Positions 39,181 to 48,220 of a stretch of DNA of 64,000 nt are shown piece by piece. Made by a program: the position numbers and the translations under genes. The stretch's first letter is position 1; every line of letters starts with the position of its first letter. The stretch lies in IMG/VR virus record IMGVR_UViG_3300021963_000090, positions 14,282 to 78,281 of that record. The stretch is one strand, 5' to 3'. A model generated the notes under the pieces. It was not told the origin of the DNA, ran no database searches, and saw nothing but the letters and a program-made list of their open reading frames with translations. Origin of the DNA: a virus.

Positions 39181-39192
39181 TTTGGTCTCCCG

Positions 39193-39678
39193 TTATACTT
39201 CAACCCATAAGTCGTCGTAGTATATAAATAACTTTGCTATAGAAGAATTGTACCAGATATTGCCTTCTATTGGACTTGTAGGGGCTGTTTCAGATACTGT
39301 TACTGTAGATCCCGCCTCTTCCGCTGTCAAAAGTATCTTATTGTTGTCATCGTCGTAGGACGCTGTTATATTTGTATGGCTGGCATGTTCAAAGAGCGGT
39401 GCTATGGCATCTTGAATTTGCTCAGTACTAATAGTGGCAGTTCCAGTAAGCAAAATTTTATTATTATCGTCATCATATGATGCTGTTAAATTAGTATGAC
39501 TTGAGTGATTTAGTAGAGGAGCTACAAAGTCCTGGATCTCTTCCTGTGTTAAAACTGGGTCTTCTTCAGAGCTTGAATAAATACGCCATGCCGTTCCGTC
39601 CCAAGCAAAGGTGCGGGTACCAATAGTAACCTGCTGTCCATTAGTAGGATTTGACGGGAAATTCAAGGCTGAGGTCAT
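39193..39678 (-). CDS. Small structural protein with two IQD..YDDDNNKI repeats
   Basis: FP..P..W N-terminal module, tandem repeat, C-terminal APxxPxxGxxWY module. Confidence 0.65.
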   Translation of the reverse strand: MTSALNFPSNPTNGQQVTIGTRTFAWDGTAWRIYSSSEEDPVLTQEEIQDFVAPLLNHSSHTNLTASYDDDNNKILLTGTATISTEQIQDAIAPLFEHASHTNITASYDDDNNKILLTAEEAGSTVTVSETAPTSPIEGNIWYNSSIAKLFIYYDDLWVEV

Positions 39679-39785
39679 AGATTAATTATACCTCAACTCT
39701 CATTAAATCTATTGAATCTAGGGTATAGAAATGGTATACTAAAGGCCTAGCAAACAAATTTAAATATTTTGCTTCTTATACAGTT

Positions 39786-41396
39786 ATGGATATTATGAAA
39801 ACCGATAAAATAGTAATAGTTGGAGGCGGATCTGCTGGCTGGATGACTGCTGCTACATTAATTAAAGCTTTTCCGAATAAAGACATTTCAGTCATTGAGT
39901 CTAAAGATGTTCCTACTGTTGGTGTAGGAGAGTCAACTATTGGTGGAATAAGAACATGGACCAGATATATAGGGCTTGATGAATCTACCTTCTTCAAACA
40001 AACCGATGCCTCTTTAAAACTAAGTATTAAATTTACAGATTTTTATAAAAAGGATGGCGGGTCATTTCATTATCCATTTGGACAGGCTGATGTTATTAAC
40101 AATAGAAATCCATTTTTTGACTGGCAATTAAAAAAATATTTTTATCCAGAAACTCCAATTGAGGATTTTGTAAGATGCCTTTTCCCAGCTTCGGCTTTAT
40201 TTGAAAACAATAAATTTTCTTTAAATAATTCAGGGGATTTTGATCACTTTGATGCCGCTAACGATGTTGCGTATCATTTTGATGCAACTAAATTTGGAGT
40301 GTGGCTTAGAGAAAACTATTGTATTCCTAATGGAGTAAAACATATTATAGCAACTGTTTTAGAAACACCAAACGACCAAAACGGAATTAAGCACCTTGTC
40401 CTAGATAATGAAGATATTGTTGAAGCTGATTTATTTATTGATTGTACTGGCTTTAAAAGTCTTTTGCTAGATAAGGCTTTAAATGAACCATTTGACTCGC
40501 TATCCAAAATGCTACCAAACAATAGGGCTTGGGCTACTAGAATTGAATATGAAAATAAAGATATTGAATTAGAAGGTTTTACTAACTGTACAGCTATTGA
40601 AAACGGATGGTGCTGGAATATTCCTTTATGGTCTAGAATAGGAACTGGCTATGTATACTCTGATAAATTTGTAACTCCAGAAGAAGCAAAAGAAGAATTT
40701 AAAAGATATCTAATGTCGGACAAGATGGTTATTCCACGAACTAAGGAGCAGGTAGATGCTCTTGAGTTTAAAGAAATAACTATGCGTGTTGGAATACATA
40801 AAAGAACTTTTGTTAAAAATGTTGTAGCTATTGGCTTATCGGCTGGCTTTATTGAGCCACTTGAGAGCAACGGACTGTTTAGTGTTCATGAATTTTTATT
40901 TAATCTTATAGACATACTACAGCGTGGAGAAATATCTCAATTTGATAGGGATATGTATAATGTAAGTACTCGTGACCTATTTGATCAATTTTCTAAATTT
41001 GTTGCCCTTCACTATGCCCTATCGCATAGAGATGACACAGAATACTGGAAAGACATTAATACTAAAGAATTTAAAGATGAAATTTCAAATGATCCGTATA
41101 CCCCAAATAGGACGAAGGCTGGGGCCTTCTATGATATTATTGGGCGTTATATGGAAGAATGGTTTCATCCATACGGAATGGCTGGTATTACATATATAGC
41201 AACAGGAATGAATCTTCAAATGATAAACGACAATAGGATTGCAAATATGACTTATAGATATAAGCGTGACTACTTATCAGAAGCGGATGCCATTTCTGAA
41301 ATATGGGAAAACAAAAAAGCTAAATGGAATAAGGCTGCAGAATCGTCTCCTAGCCTTAAAAAATTTTTAGAGGACACATTTTATGGCAAAGAATAG
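39786..41396 (+). CDS. Flavin-dependent halogenase (tryptophan halogenase/PrnA family)
   Basis: GGGSAGW FAD motif, GVGEST, SLKLSIKF (catalytic Lys position), FIDCTG, WCWNIP (WxWxIP), FIEPLES. Confidence 0.92.
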   Translation: MDIMKTDKIVIVGGGSAGWMTAATLIKAFPNKDISVIESKDVPTVGVGESTIGGIRTWTRYIGLDESTFFKQTDASLKLSIKFTDFYKKDGGSFHYPFGQADVINNRNPFFDWQLKKYFYPETPIEDFVRCLFPASALFENNKFSLNNSGDFDHFDAANDVAYHFDATKFGVWLRENYCIPNGVKHIIATVLETPNDQNGIKHLVLDNEDIVEADLFIDCTGFKSLLLDKALNEPFDSLSKMLPNNRAWATRIEYENKDIELEGFTNCTAIENGWCWNIPLWSRIGTGYVYSDKFVTPEEAKEEFKRYLMSDKMVIPRTKEQVDALEFKEITMRVGIHKRTFVKNVVAIGLSAGFIEPLESNGLFSVHEFLFNLIDILQRGEISQFDRDMYNVSTRDLFDQFSKFVALHYALSHRDDTEYWKDINTKEFKDEISNDPYTPNRTKAGAFYDIIGRYMEEWFHPYGMAGITYIATGMNLQMINDNRIANMTYRYKRDYLSEADAISEIWENKKAKWNKAAESSPSLKKFLEDTFYGKE

Positions 41397-41670
41397 GTAT
41401 GAGTGGGTATATGCTTTATCTAGAATGAAAGATAGATCATATTGGAATAGGCCAAATACTGTAGAATTTTTTGCTTTTATGACCAAGCTTTCTATTATAT
41501 TTCCAGGGCTTTTATTTGGTAAGCAATGGTGGTGGCTATATATATTTGCTTTAGTTTCTAGTTTAGCTTTAATTTGGTCTTCTACAGTAAAGACCCTGCC
41601 TACAATAATCTTGTTTAATATAGGATGGTCTATATTAGCATCAGCTGCAATAATTAAGGCTTTAACATGA
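41383..41670 (+). CDS. Small membrane protein (~3 TM)
   Basis: Three hydrophobic segments; overlaps the halogenase stop. Confidence 0.65.
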   Translation: MAKNRYEWVYALSRMKDRSYWNRPNTVEFFAFMTKLSIIFPGLLFGKQWWWLYIFALVSSLALIWSSTVKTLPTIILFNIGWSILASAAIIKALT

Positions 41671-42392
41671 GCAAAAAAGAACCAGTGATTGTATATTGGT
41701 CTCCATACTCTAACCCACACAGGGTTTCTTATGTTAACCTATTATGTGAGCCCCCTAAAAAAGTATTAACCACAATAGGATCACCCGTTTCTAATAAAAA
41801 AGCATCTTATCATAACTGCAGATCTCTTCAAAATTTAATGAAAAATACTTACATCATACCAGCACCACTGTCATCTAAATTAAAAATATCTGGATCTTTT
41901 GAAGAGCCATTTCTAACTACAGATAACAATCTATGGAATGCTAGAAGTGCTTCTTTAGATAAAAGATACTCTGTTGACTATGATTTTAGCTGGATCTTTT
42001 TTTCAGAAGAGCAGGTTACTCTTAGAGAGACACATCCATATATGCATAATACGGCTTTTTCAAAATCTGGATATCTAGCATCTGGATCATTTGAAATTAA
42101 TAAATGGTTTAGGCCAATAAATATAACATTTAACTTATGGGAAGACCATAATTCTATTGAGGTTATTGAAAAAGAGCCATTATGTTATGTAGAGTTTGAA
42201 ACATTAGACAACAGGCCAGTTATTCTTAAACAATTTGAATTGACAGAAGATATGTATAATTACTGCACTCAGGCTTTAATTACTTCAAAAAACATTCTGT
42301 CTTTTGAATCACTAGAGTCTTTATATTCTAGATTTATAGGTTCAAATAGACATAAAAAAATAGCTAAACTAATAAAGCAAAACCTACTATAA
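41667..42392 (+). CDS. Hypothetical protein (probably distantly related to 51756-52469)
   Basis: C..L...NTY, G.FEI.KWFRP, EPL.Y pattern; dUTPase-like beta fold suspected. Confidence 0.6.
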   Translation: MSKKEPVIVYWSPYSNPHRVSYVNLLCEPPKKVLTTIGSPVSNKKASYHNCRSLQNLMKNTYIIPAPLSSKLKISGSFEEPFLTTDNNLWNARSASLDKRYSVDYDFSWIFFSEEQVTLRETHPYMHNTAFSKSGYLASGSFEINKWFRPINITFNLWEDHNSIEVIEKEPLCYVEFETLDNRPVILKQFELTEDMYNYCTQALITSKNILSFESLESLYSRFIGSNRHKKIAKLIKQNLL

Positions 42393-42393
42393 A

Positions 42394-42765
42394 TTAACTT
42401 TCTTGCTCTGAGTATAACCACATATCTTCTGGCTCCACCCATATTTTATTTATCGAGATTGGCAGATTTAATTCTTTTATTGTTTTTATCAATTCTTTTT
42501 GTGAATTTGGACCGTATAATGTATTAATTTGTCCATTGATATTAAGGAGATAAAACTCTGCATATGGAGACCATGATGCATATAATCCTTGTCCTCCGCT
42601 TGCCTCCCATATAACTTCCCAAATGTCTACTTCTTCAATTGTAAGTTCACGAGAATAGTCCCAGTCTTTTTTAGGTGGTAGTTGCAATGTATTACTATCC
42701 ATCCAGCTGGGTTCAAAGACTTCTCCGAAGTCAGTAAATATGTTATAGGTAGATTTAAATCTCAA
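42394..42765 (-). CDS. Hypothetical Trp-rich protein
   Basis: 123 aa; TTG start overlapping the stop of the glycine-rich gene. Confidence 0.6.
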   Translation of the reverse strand: MRFKSTYNIFTDFGEVFEPSWMDSNTLQLPPKKDWDYSRELTIEEVDIWEVIWEASGGQGLYASWSPYAEFYLLNINGQINTLYGPNSQKELIKTIKELNLPISINKIWVEPEDMWLYSEQES

Positions 42766-43685
42766 ATCTGGTATCTAACTATTACTACTCCAGATCCACC
42801 AGGTGATGTTATATCTCCAGAGCCGTGGCCTTGGCCACCAGCTCCTCCACCTAAATTGCTACTTGGAGGATTTAATGTTCTATTGGATTCGGAATGACCT
42901 GTTCCACCGCCACCGTTTCCACCTGCTCCTGGAGTATTTGCTCCACCGTTATGTCCTCCACCGCCACCTCCGCCGCCGTAAAAGGTATTAGAGCCAGAAA
43001 TAGAATTTGCTATACCAGATCCTCCTGCTCCATTGGTGCCACCAGAACCTGGATAAGCTTGTCCAACTGCGCCTGCTCCGCCTCCACCGCCTGAAGCGTG
43101 TTGTGATGCTGACGGGTGGTTTGATCCTCTACCGCCAGAATTTCCGTAACCAGTAAATCCAGCAGGAGATGTTTGAATCGCAGAACCTCCGCTCTGACCA
43201 CTTCCTGAGCAAGGTGACCAGCATGCTCCGCCTCCACCGCCTGATCCACCATTAGCTCCTGGTAAATTTGAGTTAGTTCCAGAACCTCCACCGCCACCAA
43301 TTGCTGTTAAACTTCCAAAAGAACTATTGTTACCATTAGGAGCCTGACCACCATAACTATTTATAGTAGAAGTTGCACCTCCAACAACAACTGAATACGG
43401 ATTTGCAGCTAATGAATAGTTGCTTGAATATATAATTCCTCCGCCGCCTCCGCCACCTCCATGTGCTCCGCCTCCGCCGCCTCCGCCAGCAACAACAAAT
43501 ATTTCAGCGTTAATTGGAAGGCCGTATGAATCTAAAGCAAAATTTTCTGTGCCAGATGTAAAAGTGTGTGTTCTATAACCGCCAGCGGTAGAAATTGTAC
43601 CACCAGAAATCATAAACTTACTTCCAACACGTTTAGATCTTGATTGTGGCCCAAAAGAGCCTCTTATGCTGCTTACAAATGGCAT
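42762..43685 (-). CDS. Glycine-rich adhesin-like protein (copy B)
   Basis: Same framework as 35711-36640 with different inter-Gly loops. Confidence 0.75.
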   Translation of the reverse strand: MPFVSSIRGSFGPQSRSKRVGSKFMISGGTISTAGGYRTHTFTSGTENFALDSYGLPINAEIFVVAGGGGGGGAHGGGGGGGGIIYSSNYSLAANPYSVVVGGATSTINSYGGQAPNGNNSSFGSLTAIGGGGGSGTNSNLPGANGGSGGGGGACWSPCSGSGQSGGSAIQTSPAGFTGYGNSGGRGSNHPSASQHASGGGGGAGAVGQAYPGSGGTNGAGGSGIANSISGSNTFYGGGGGGGGHNGGANTPGAGGNGGGGTGHSESNRTLNPPSSNLGGGAGGQGHGSGDITSPGGSGVVIVRYQI

Positions 43686-43696
43686 TTATTTCTCCT

Positions 43697-45871
43697 TTAG
43701 AAGTTTAAGTTGTATGAACCCAAAACTATCCAGGCTCCACCTGAAGTTCTAAGTAATGTAAATGTAAATATGTCTAGTTTACCAGCAGATGATGTTGCAG
43801 TTGGAGCCGCACCTGCTGACCATCTAATTGTCTGAGAAGTTCCAGCAATCTGGAATGTTGTTGGAATATAACCAGTTGATCCCTGTGTAACAACAATGTT
43901 AATTGTCATTACCTTTGCTGAATCTGATGGAACATTTGTTGCATTAAATGTCATATTACCAGTTGGTGCTGTACCAATATAGTAAATGTTTCCTAGCGAC
44001 CAATCAAGTGTTCCTACGTTTGATGCCAATGTAACATCTACAATTTGTTCACGCATCTCTTGAATATCTACTGTTCCGCTTAATGATACTGCTCCAGAGG
44101 CTGTTAATCCGCCAGGGGCTGTAATTAAACCAGAAGTATTAAGTGTTGTTGCTGTAATCCCAGCAGTTCGCAGATCTGCATACGCAAGTCCTGCACCTGA
44201 GAAGTTAACTACTCCAGCAGAAGGAGCTACGGTTGAATCTTTAAATATCTTTACTACACCGTCTGAGGCATCACGTACTAATCCTGCGTATTTAACTACA
44301 CCGCCAGATGTGTACTCTCCAACAAGCCCTAGATCTATAGCATCTGATGTGTTTCCTGATCCTACACGAACGATTGGATCTGTTACTGTAAGGGTTGTCG
44401 TTGTGAGAGTTGTTCCAGCGCCTCCAAACGTAATGTCGCCTGCAATATTTACGTCGCCTTGAATACCAACGCCACCTACTACTGTTAATGCACCTGTTGA
44501 TGGCGATGTAGAAGGAGTTGGAATTTCAATGTGTACACGCTCATCTGGAATAATGACCATTTGCTCATTACCAGAATCATATCCGCCTGCTGCAAATACA
44601 ATCTTGTTTTCCGATCCATTGGCACCTGTTGCTAAGACAAGATTTCCTGCACCTGTTGTGCCAGATGGTGCTTCATAAAAAATATATCCATCATTTGGAC
44701 CCGTAATGCCGAATGTAGCTTGGCTGAATGAAGATCCTGTAACACCCATATCAATCCAGCCTGATAAGTCATCTCCATTATTTGCATATGCAATATAATC
44801 TGTAGAAGAGTTAGCTGAATTATTATGAATAGCTATTTGAGCATAAGGAGATCCATTTAATTCAAATACTGCGGCAGCATTAGTTAGCTCTGCATTTATA
44901 TTAAATGCTTTTGCGCCAGTTCCAAAAAAGATTTCGTCATAAATTTCAATTCCATCATCTGGAGTAAAAATCATTTGTTCGTTACCGCTTGTCAAACCAC
45001 CAGAAGCAATAACAATGTTGTTTGAAAGACCTGTTGAATCAGTTGCAAAAACTAGCTTGCCATCGCCTGTAAATTTATTTATTTGAGAGTTAATAACGTT
45101 TGTTAAGGCCACGTTTCCAGAAGTATATCCTGCAGGTGTTGCAACAACAATCTGCGTTGTGCTTGGTGCTGAAACAACTGTATAGCGACCCTCTAATGTT
45201 GGAGCTACTGGAAGAATTAAATCAAAGATGACTCCAGCAATCATTGCATGTGGACCATCAGTAATAAGGTTTAGGTTTGAACCCGCAACGCTATACTGAT
45301 CTACAGAGACTATACCAGCGATTGCTCCAGACATAAATACATATCCGTCGCCAGGTCCTGTAAGTGAAAATGTTGGATCATTAAATGATCCGTTAGTAAT
45401 ACCCATGTCTATCCAACCAGACTCATTTGTACCATTTGATGTATACGCAATAAAGTCTGCAGAAGATGATGCACCAGATCCTGTGTTAACCAATGCTGTT
45501 TGAACGAAAGATGTAGAGGATCCTTCAATACCAAGAGCTACGTCGGTTAAGTCTGCGGCTGTAATAAAGTCTGTAATGTCTGCACCAATTAAGAATGTAT
45601 CAAATGAGTCAGACCAAAATGTTAGTGTGCCATCGGTCTTAAGAACCTTACCTGCTTGATTCTCTGTTGGAGGAATTTCTGATCCCTCAACCATGCGTGA
45701 CCAATAAACTGTACTTGTAATAAGATTATTTGCTGATGGGATTTGATTAATGTATACCCATACAATATTGTTATAACGAACTACGTCATTTAGTTCGTAT
45801 GTGTTTGCCTGTACCCAGTCGCCCTTCCAAATGAAGCGAATGTTTCCTAAATCGATTAATTGTGTTGCCAT
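43697..45871 (-). CDS. Fibre-like structural protein (copy B)
   Basis: Clearly paralogous to 36650-38869 at protein and DNA level. Confidence 0.75.
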   Translation of the reverse strand: MATQLIDLGNIRFIWKGDWVQANTYELNDVVRYNNIVWVYINQIPSANNLITSTVYWSRMVEGSEIPPTENQAGKVLKTDGTLTFWSDSFDTFLIGADITDFITAADLTDVALGIEGSSTSFVQTALVNTGSGASSSADFIAYTSNGTNESGWIDMGITNGSFNDPTFSLTGPGDGYVFMSGAIAGIVSVDQYSVAGSNLNLITDGPHAMIAGVIFDLILPVAPTLEGRYTVVSAPSTTQIVVATPAGYTSGNVALTNVINSQINKFTGDGKLVFATDSTGLSNNIVIASGGLTSGNEQMIFTPDDGIEIYDEIFFGTGAKAFNINAELTNAAAVFELNGSPYAQIAIHNNSANSSTDYIAYANNGDDLSGWIDMGVTGSSFSQATFGITGPNDGYIFYEAPSGTTGAGNLVLATGANGSENKIVFAAGGYDSGNEQMVIIPDERVHIEIPTPSTSPSTGALTVVGGVGIQGDVNIAGDITFGGAGTTLTTTTLTVTDPIVRVGSGNTSDAIDLGLVGEYTSGGVVKYAGLVRDASDGVVKIFKDSTVAPSAGVVNFSGAGLAYADLRTAGITATTLNTSGLITAPGGLTASGAVSLSGTVDIQEMREQIVDVTLASNVGTLDWSLGNIYYIGTAPTGNMTFNATNVPSDSAKVMTINIVVTQGSTGYIPTTFQIAGTSQTIRWSAGAAPTATSSAGKLDIFTFTLLRTSGGAWIVLGSYNLNF

Positions 45872-45874
45872 TTG

Positions 45875-46237
45875 CTATGCTCCTACCTCTACTAGTAAGT
45901 GTGTCGGATTCTCTGTATCCCATTCAAATTGTAATGGAATTGTCGTGAATATCCACTCTTTGTATTCGTCATTTTTACGAACTCGAATACCGTTCGAATA
46001 TATACTACTCTGTGGAAGAACTACTTTAGATCCATCATCTGTTACCTGAAGATATAACCTTCCAAGATCATTGCTTGTTTTAAAACCGTAAAAAACTCCA
46101 ATATCTGTTGCATTGCCTCCGCCGCTACTTTCTCCTGCAACAGAGTCCCACGTTGTGCCGTTCCAAGTCCAGGTTCTGTCGTCGGTAGCAAAAAGCTGTC
46201 CTACGACGGGATTGGCTGGAAAATCTAATGCTGGCAT
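45875..46237 (-). CDS. Small adaptor-like structural protein (copy B)
   Basis: Paralogue of 38869-39180 (FYGFK, EWxFTT..L.FEW). Confidence 0.65.
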   Translation of the reverse strand: MPALDFPANPVVGQLFATDDRTWTWNGTTWDSVAGESSGGGNATDIGVFYGFKTSNDLGRLYLQVTDDGSKVVLPQSSIYSNGIRVRKNDEYKEWIFTTIPLQFEWDTENPTHLLVEVGA

Positions 46238-46334
46238 AGTCTAAAGTATAGCACGGTATATATTAAAATAACTAGGCCTCAGCCTGGCAATTATACTATT
46301 TATATACACGGCTACCCCCTCCTTTTTTAACTGA

Positions 46335-46586
46335 TTATCGTAATGCTGCTATTTCTTCAGGCGTTAATCCAAGAGCAGCCAGTTTAGCTTCTGCAGACGC
46401 TTTAGCTTCTGCTTTAGCAGATTCTTCTGCTTCACGTTCTGCCCTTTCTAAATCAGCAGCTGCAATATCTGCTTCCATCTGTGATATTTCAGCATCTGTT
46501 AATTCAACTTCGATTTGTACAAAGCAATTGCCACATTTTGGATCGCAACCACCACAGCACATAACTGATTTTGTTAGCTTATTCAT
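46335..46586 (-). CDS. Small coiled-coil protein with N-terminal Cys cluster
   Basis: CCGGCDPKCGNC followed by ELTDAEI...AKLAALGLTPEEIAAL. Confidence 0.7.
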   Translation of the reverse strand: MNKLTKSVMCCGGCDPKCGNCFVQIEVELTDAEISQMEADIAAADLERAEREAEESAKAEAKASAEAKLAALGLTPEEIAALR

Positions 46587-46597
46587 TTTATTTCTCC

Positions 46598-47128
46598 TTA
46601 TGCTTTCTTTATTCCGTATACACGAATTGTTGTTTTTGCTGCAATATTTGCATTTCTATATGAGCTAAATACAAGTGAGGTAATTGCACTTGTTTCTGGA
46701 TATAGGCTTGCGCCAAAATATCCACGGTATTCGTCAGCCCCATTTTGAACCGTTCCACCAGAAATTTTTATCAACTTTGTATTAGATGTAGATGTGTACT
46801 GTGGGATATAAAATCTTCCATTACTAAATGTATTTGCCGATGAATCTGCAGTAGTCATTGGAACATAGGGAGGATTGCTATCTATAAACCCATTTATATC
46901 GTTATTGACACCAGTACCATAAAGTACTTTCATTGTATAGTTAGTGGTTGAATAATTATTTGGTCTACAGTACAAAAAGTCAACACCGTTGCCTGTTCCA
47001 GTATGAGTAGAACGAGCAGAAACTCTAACCTGCAAGTCTGTATATGTTTGCGGAATATTGCTTAAAGTAATAGCACTTACTGTTCCTGTTGCTGTGTATG
47101 AAGAGATTAACTCATAAGTAATTGCCAT
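46598..47128 (-). CDS. Fibre-tip protein, paralogue 3 of 3
   Basis: IPQTYTDL...AITSL...YGI shared pattern. Confidence 0.65.
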   Translation of the reverse strand: MAITYELISSYTATGTVSAITLSNIPQTYTDLQVRVSARSTHTGTGNGVDFLYCRPNNYSTTNYTMKVLYGTGVNNDINGFIDSNPPYVPMTTADSSANTFSNGRFYIPQYTSTSNTKLIKISGGTVQNGADEYRGYFGASLYPETSAITSLVFSSYRNANIAAKTTIRVYGIKKA

Positions 47129-47129
47129 A

Positions 47130-47624
47130 TTAAGCCGCCTTTATCCCATATAATTCAGCCGTTGTTCCAACAACCCAAGTACCAGATGTTGCAAATAATT
47201 GAATACTTGAGATTGCAGAAGTTGATTGCCAGATTCCCTGAATCAGGTCGTTGCCGTTTTGAGATCCAGATTCACTGCACCATGACTTATGCTTATTACT
47301 TCCATAATTCAAGATATAGACCTCGTGGCAGCCAAAGGAGCTTGGGCTATCATATCCCCAGTTTGTCAAATAACCGCTTGTCAAGCCAACAAGAAAAGTA
47401 CTGCCCTTACCGCCAGCAGTAGTAACATATAATGAACCCGTAGCATATGCAGCAGATGAATTATTGTTAAACCTAATGCGAACATCTGCATCGCCACTAG
47501 TTCTTTTTGCTTTAACAACTAAATATAAATCAGTGTAAGTATTACTAATATTTGTAAACTCTAAAGAGTTACTATCACTTCCAGTAATAGTTTGTGTTCC
47601 TAAAGAATCAAATGTTCTAGCCAT
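47130..47624 (-). CDS. Fibre-tip protein, paralogue 2 of 3
   Basis: ISNTYTDL...RFN...AISSI...LYGI. Confidence 0.65.
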   Translation of the reverse strand: MARTFDSLGTQTITGSDSNSLEFTNISNTYTDLYLVVKAKRTSGDADVRIRFNNNSSAAYATGSLYVTTAGGKGSTFLVGLTSGYLTNWGYDSPSSFGCHEVYILNYGSNKHKSWCSESGSQNGNDLIQGIWQSTSAISSIQLFATSGTWVVGTTAELYGIKAA

Positions 47625-47628
47625 TTAA

Positions 47629-48210
47629 TTACCCTCCGATTCCATACAACGCAAAGTGTGACCCACTAATTATATTTCCACCAGTTGAAGTTAAAACCAT
47701 AGAGCTAATAGCATCTGATGAATTATTCCATAGCCCCATTCTAGCAAATATTCCTTGCCCAATTCCGCTGGTGTCAATAGAGCCTCCAGTTAAAGTATGG
47801 TGTGTTTTAACTTTGTCGCTTGCAGCATAATCAAAAATATATGTTATTGTTGAAACAAAACCTGAAGTGCTATTTCCATACCATACTGGGCCAGCAATAG
47901 AAGTTAAGCCACGACTTGAAGATGTTCCTTGTAAAGAAGAGCTTGGTGTTCCACTAGAATAGACCTGAGACTTTGTGTAGTTAGTTCCAGAGTCTCCATT
48001 AAATCTAATATTTAGATCTGTATCATTATTTGTCAAAGCAAAATATGAGTGTAATTGAAGATATTTATATGTACTAGGAATACTATTAAAAGTAATAGTA
48101 GTTCCAGAACCTGATGCAGTTTGTGTAGCAATTGATTCAAATCCCAAACTTTGTGCTACATAAATTCCAAGTCCATAAGATCTAGCAGACTGTGTTGTCA
48201 GTAATGGCAT
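47629..48210 (-). CDS. Fibre-tip protein, paralogue 1 of 3, with N-terminal MP..RSYG leader
   Basis: IPSTYKYL...RFNGD...AISSM...LYGI. Confidence 0.65.
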   Translation of the reverse strand: MPLLTTQSARSYGLGIYVAQSLGFESIATQTASGSGTTITFNSIPSTYKYLQLHSYFALTNNDTDLNIRFNGDSGTNYTKSQVYSSGTPSSSLQGTSSSRGLTSIAGPVWYGNSTSGFVSTITYIFDYAASDKVKTHHTLTGGSIDTSGIGQGIFARMGLWNNSSDAISSMVLTSTGGNIISGSHFALYGIGG

Positions 48211-48220
48211 TTAGTCTCCT

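Noticed and set aside
35711-46237. Duplicated module as a diversity-generating retroelement or invertase shufflon
   Set aside because: Differences are not adenine-specific, copies are whole genes in direct orientation, and no RT or recombinase is visible.
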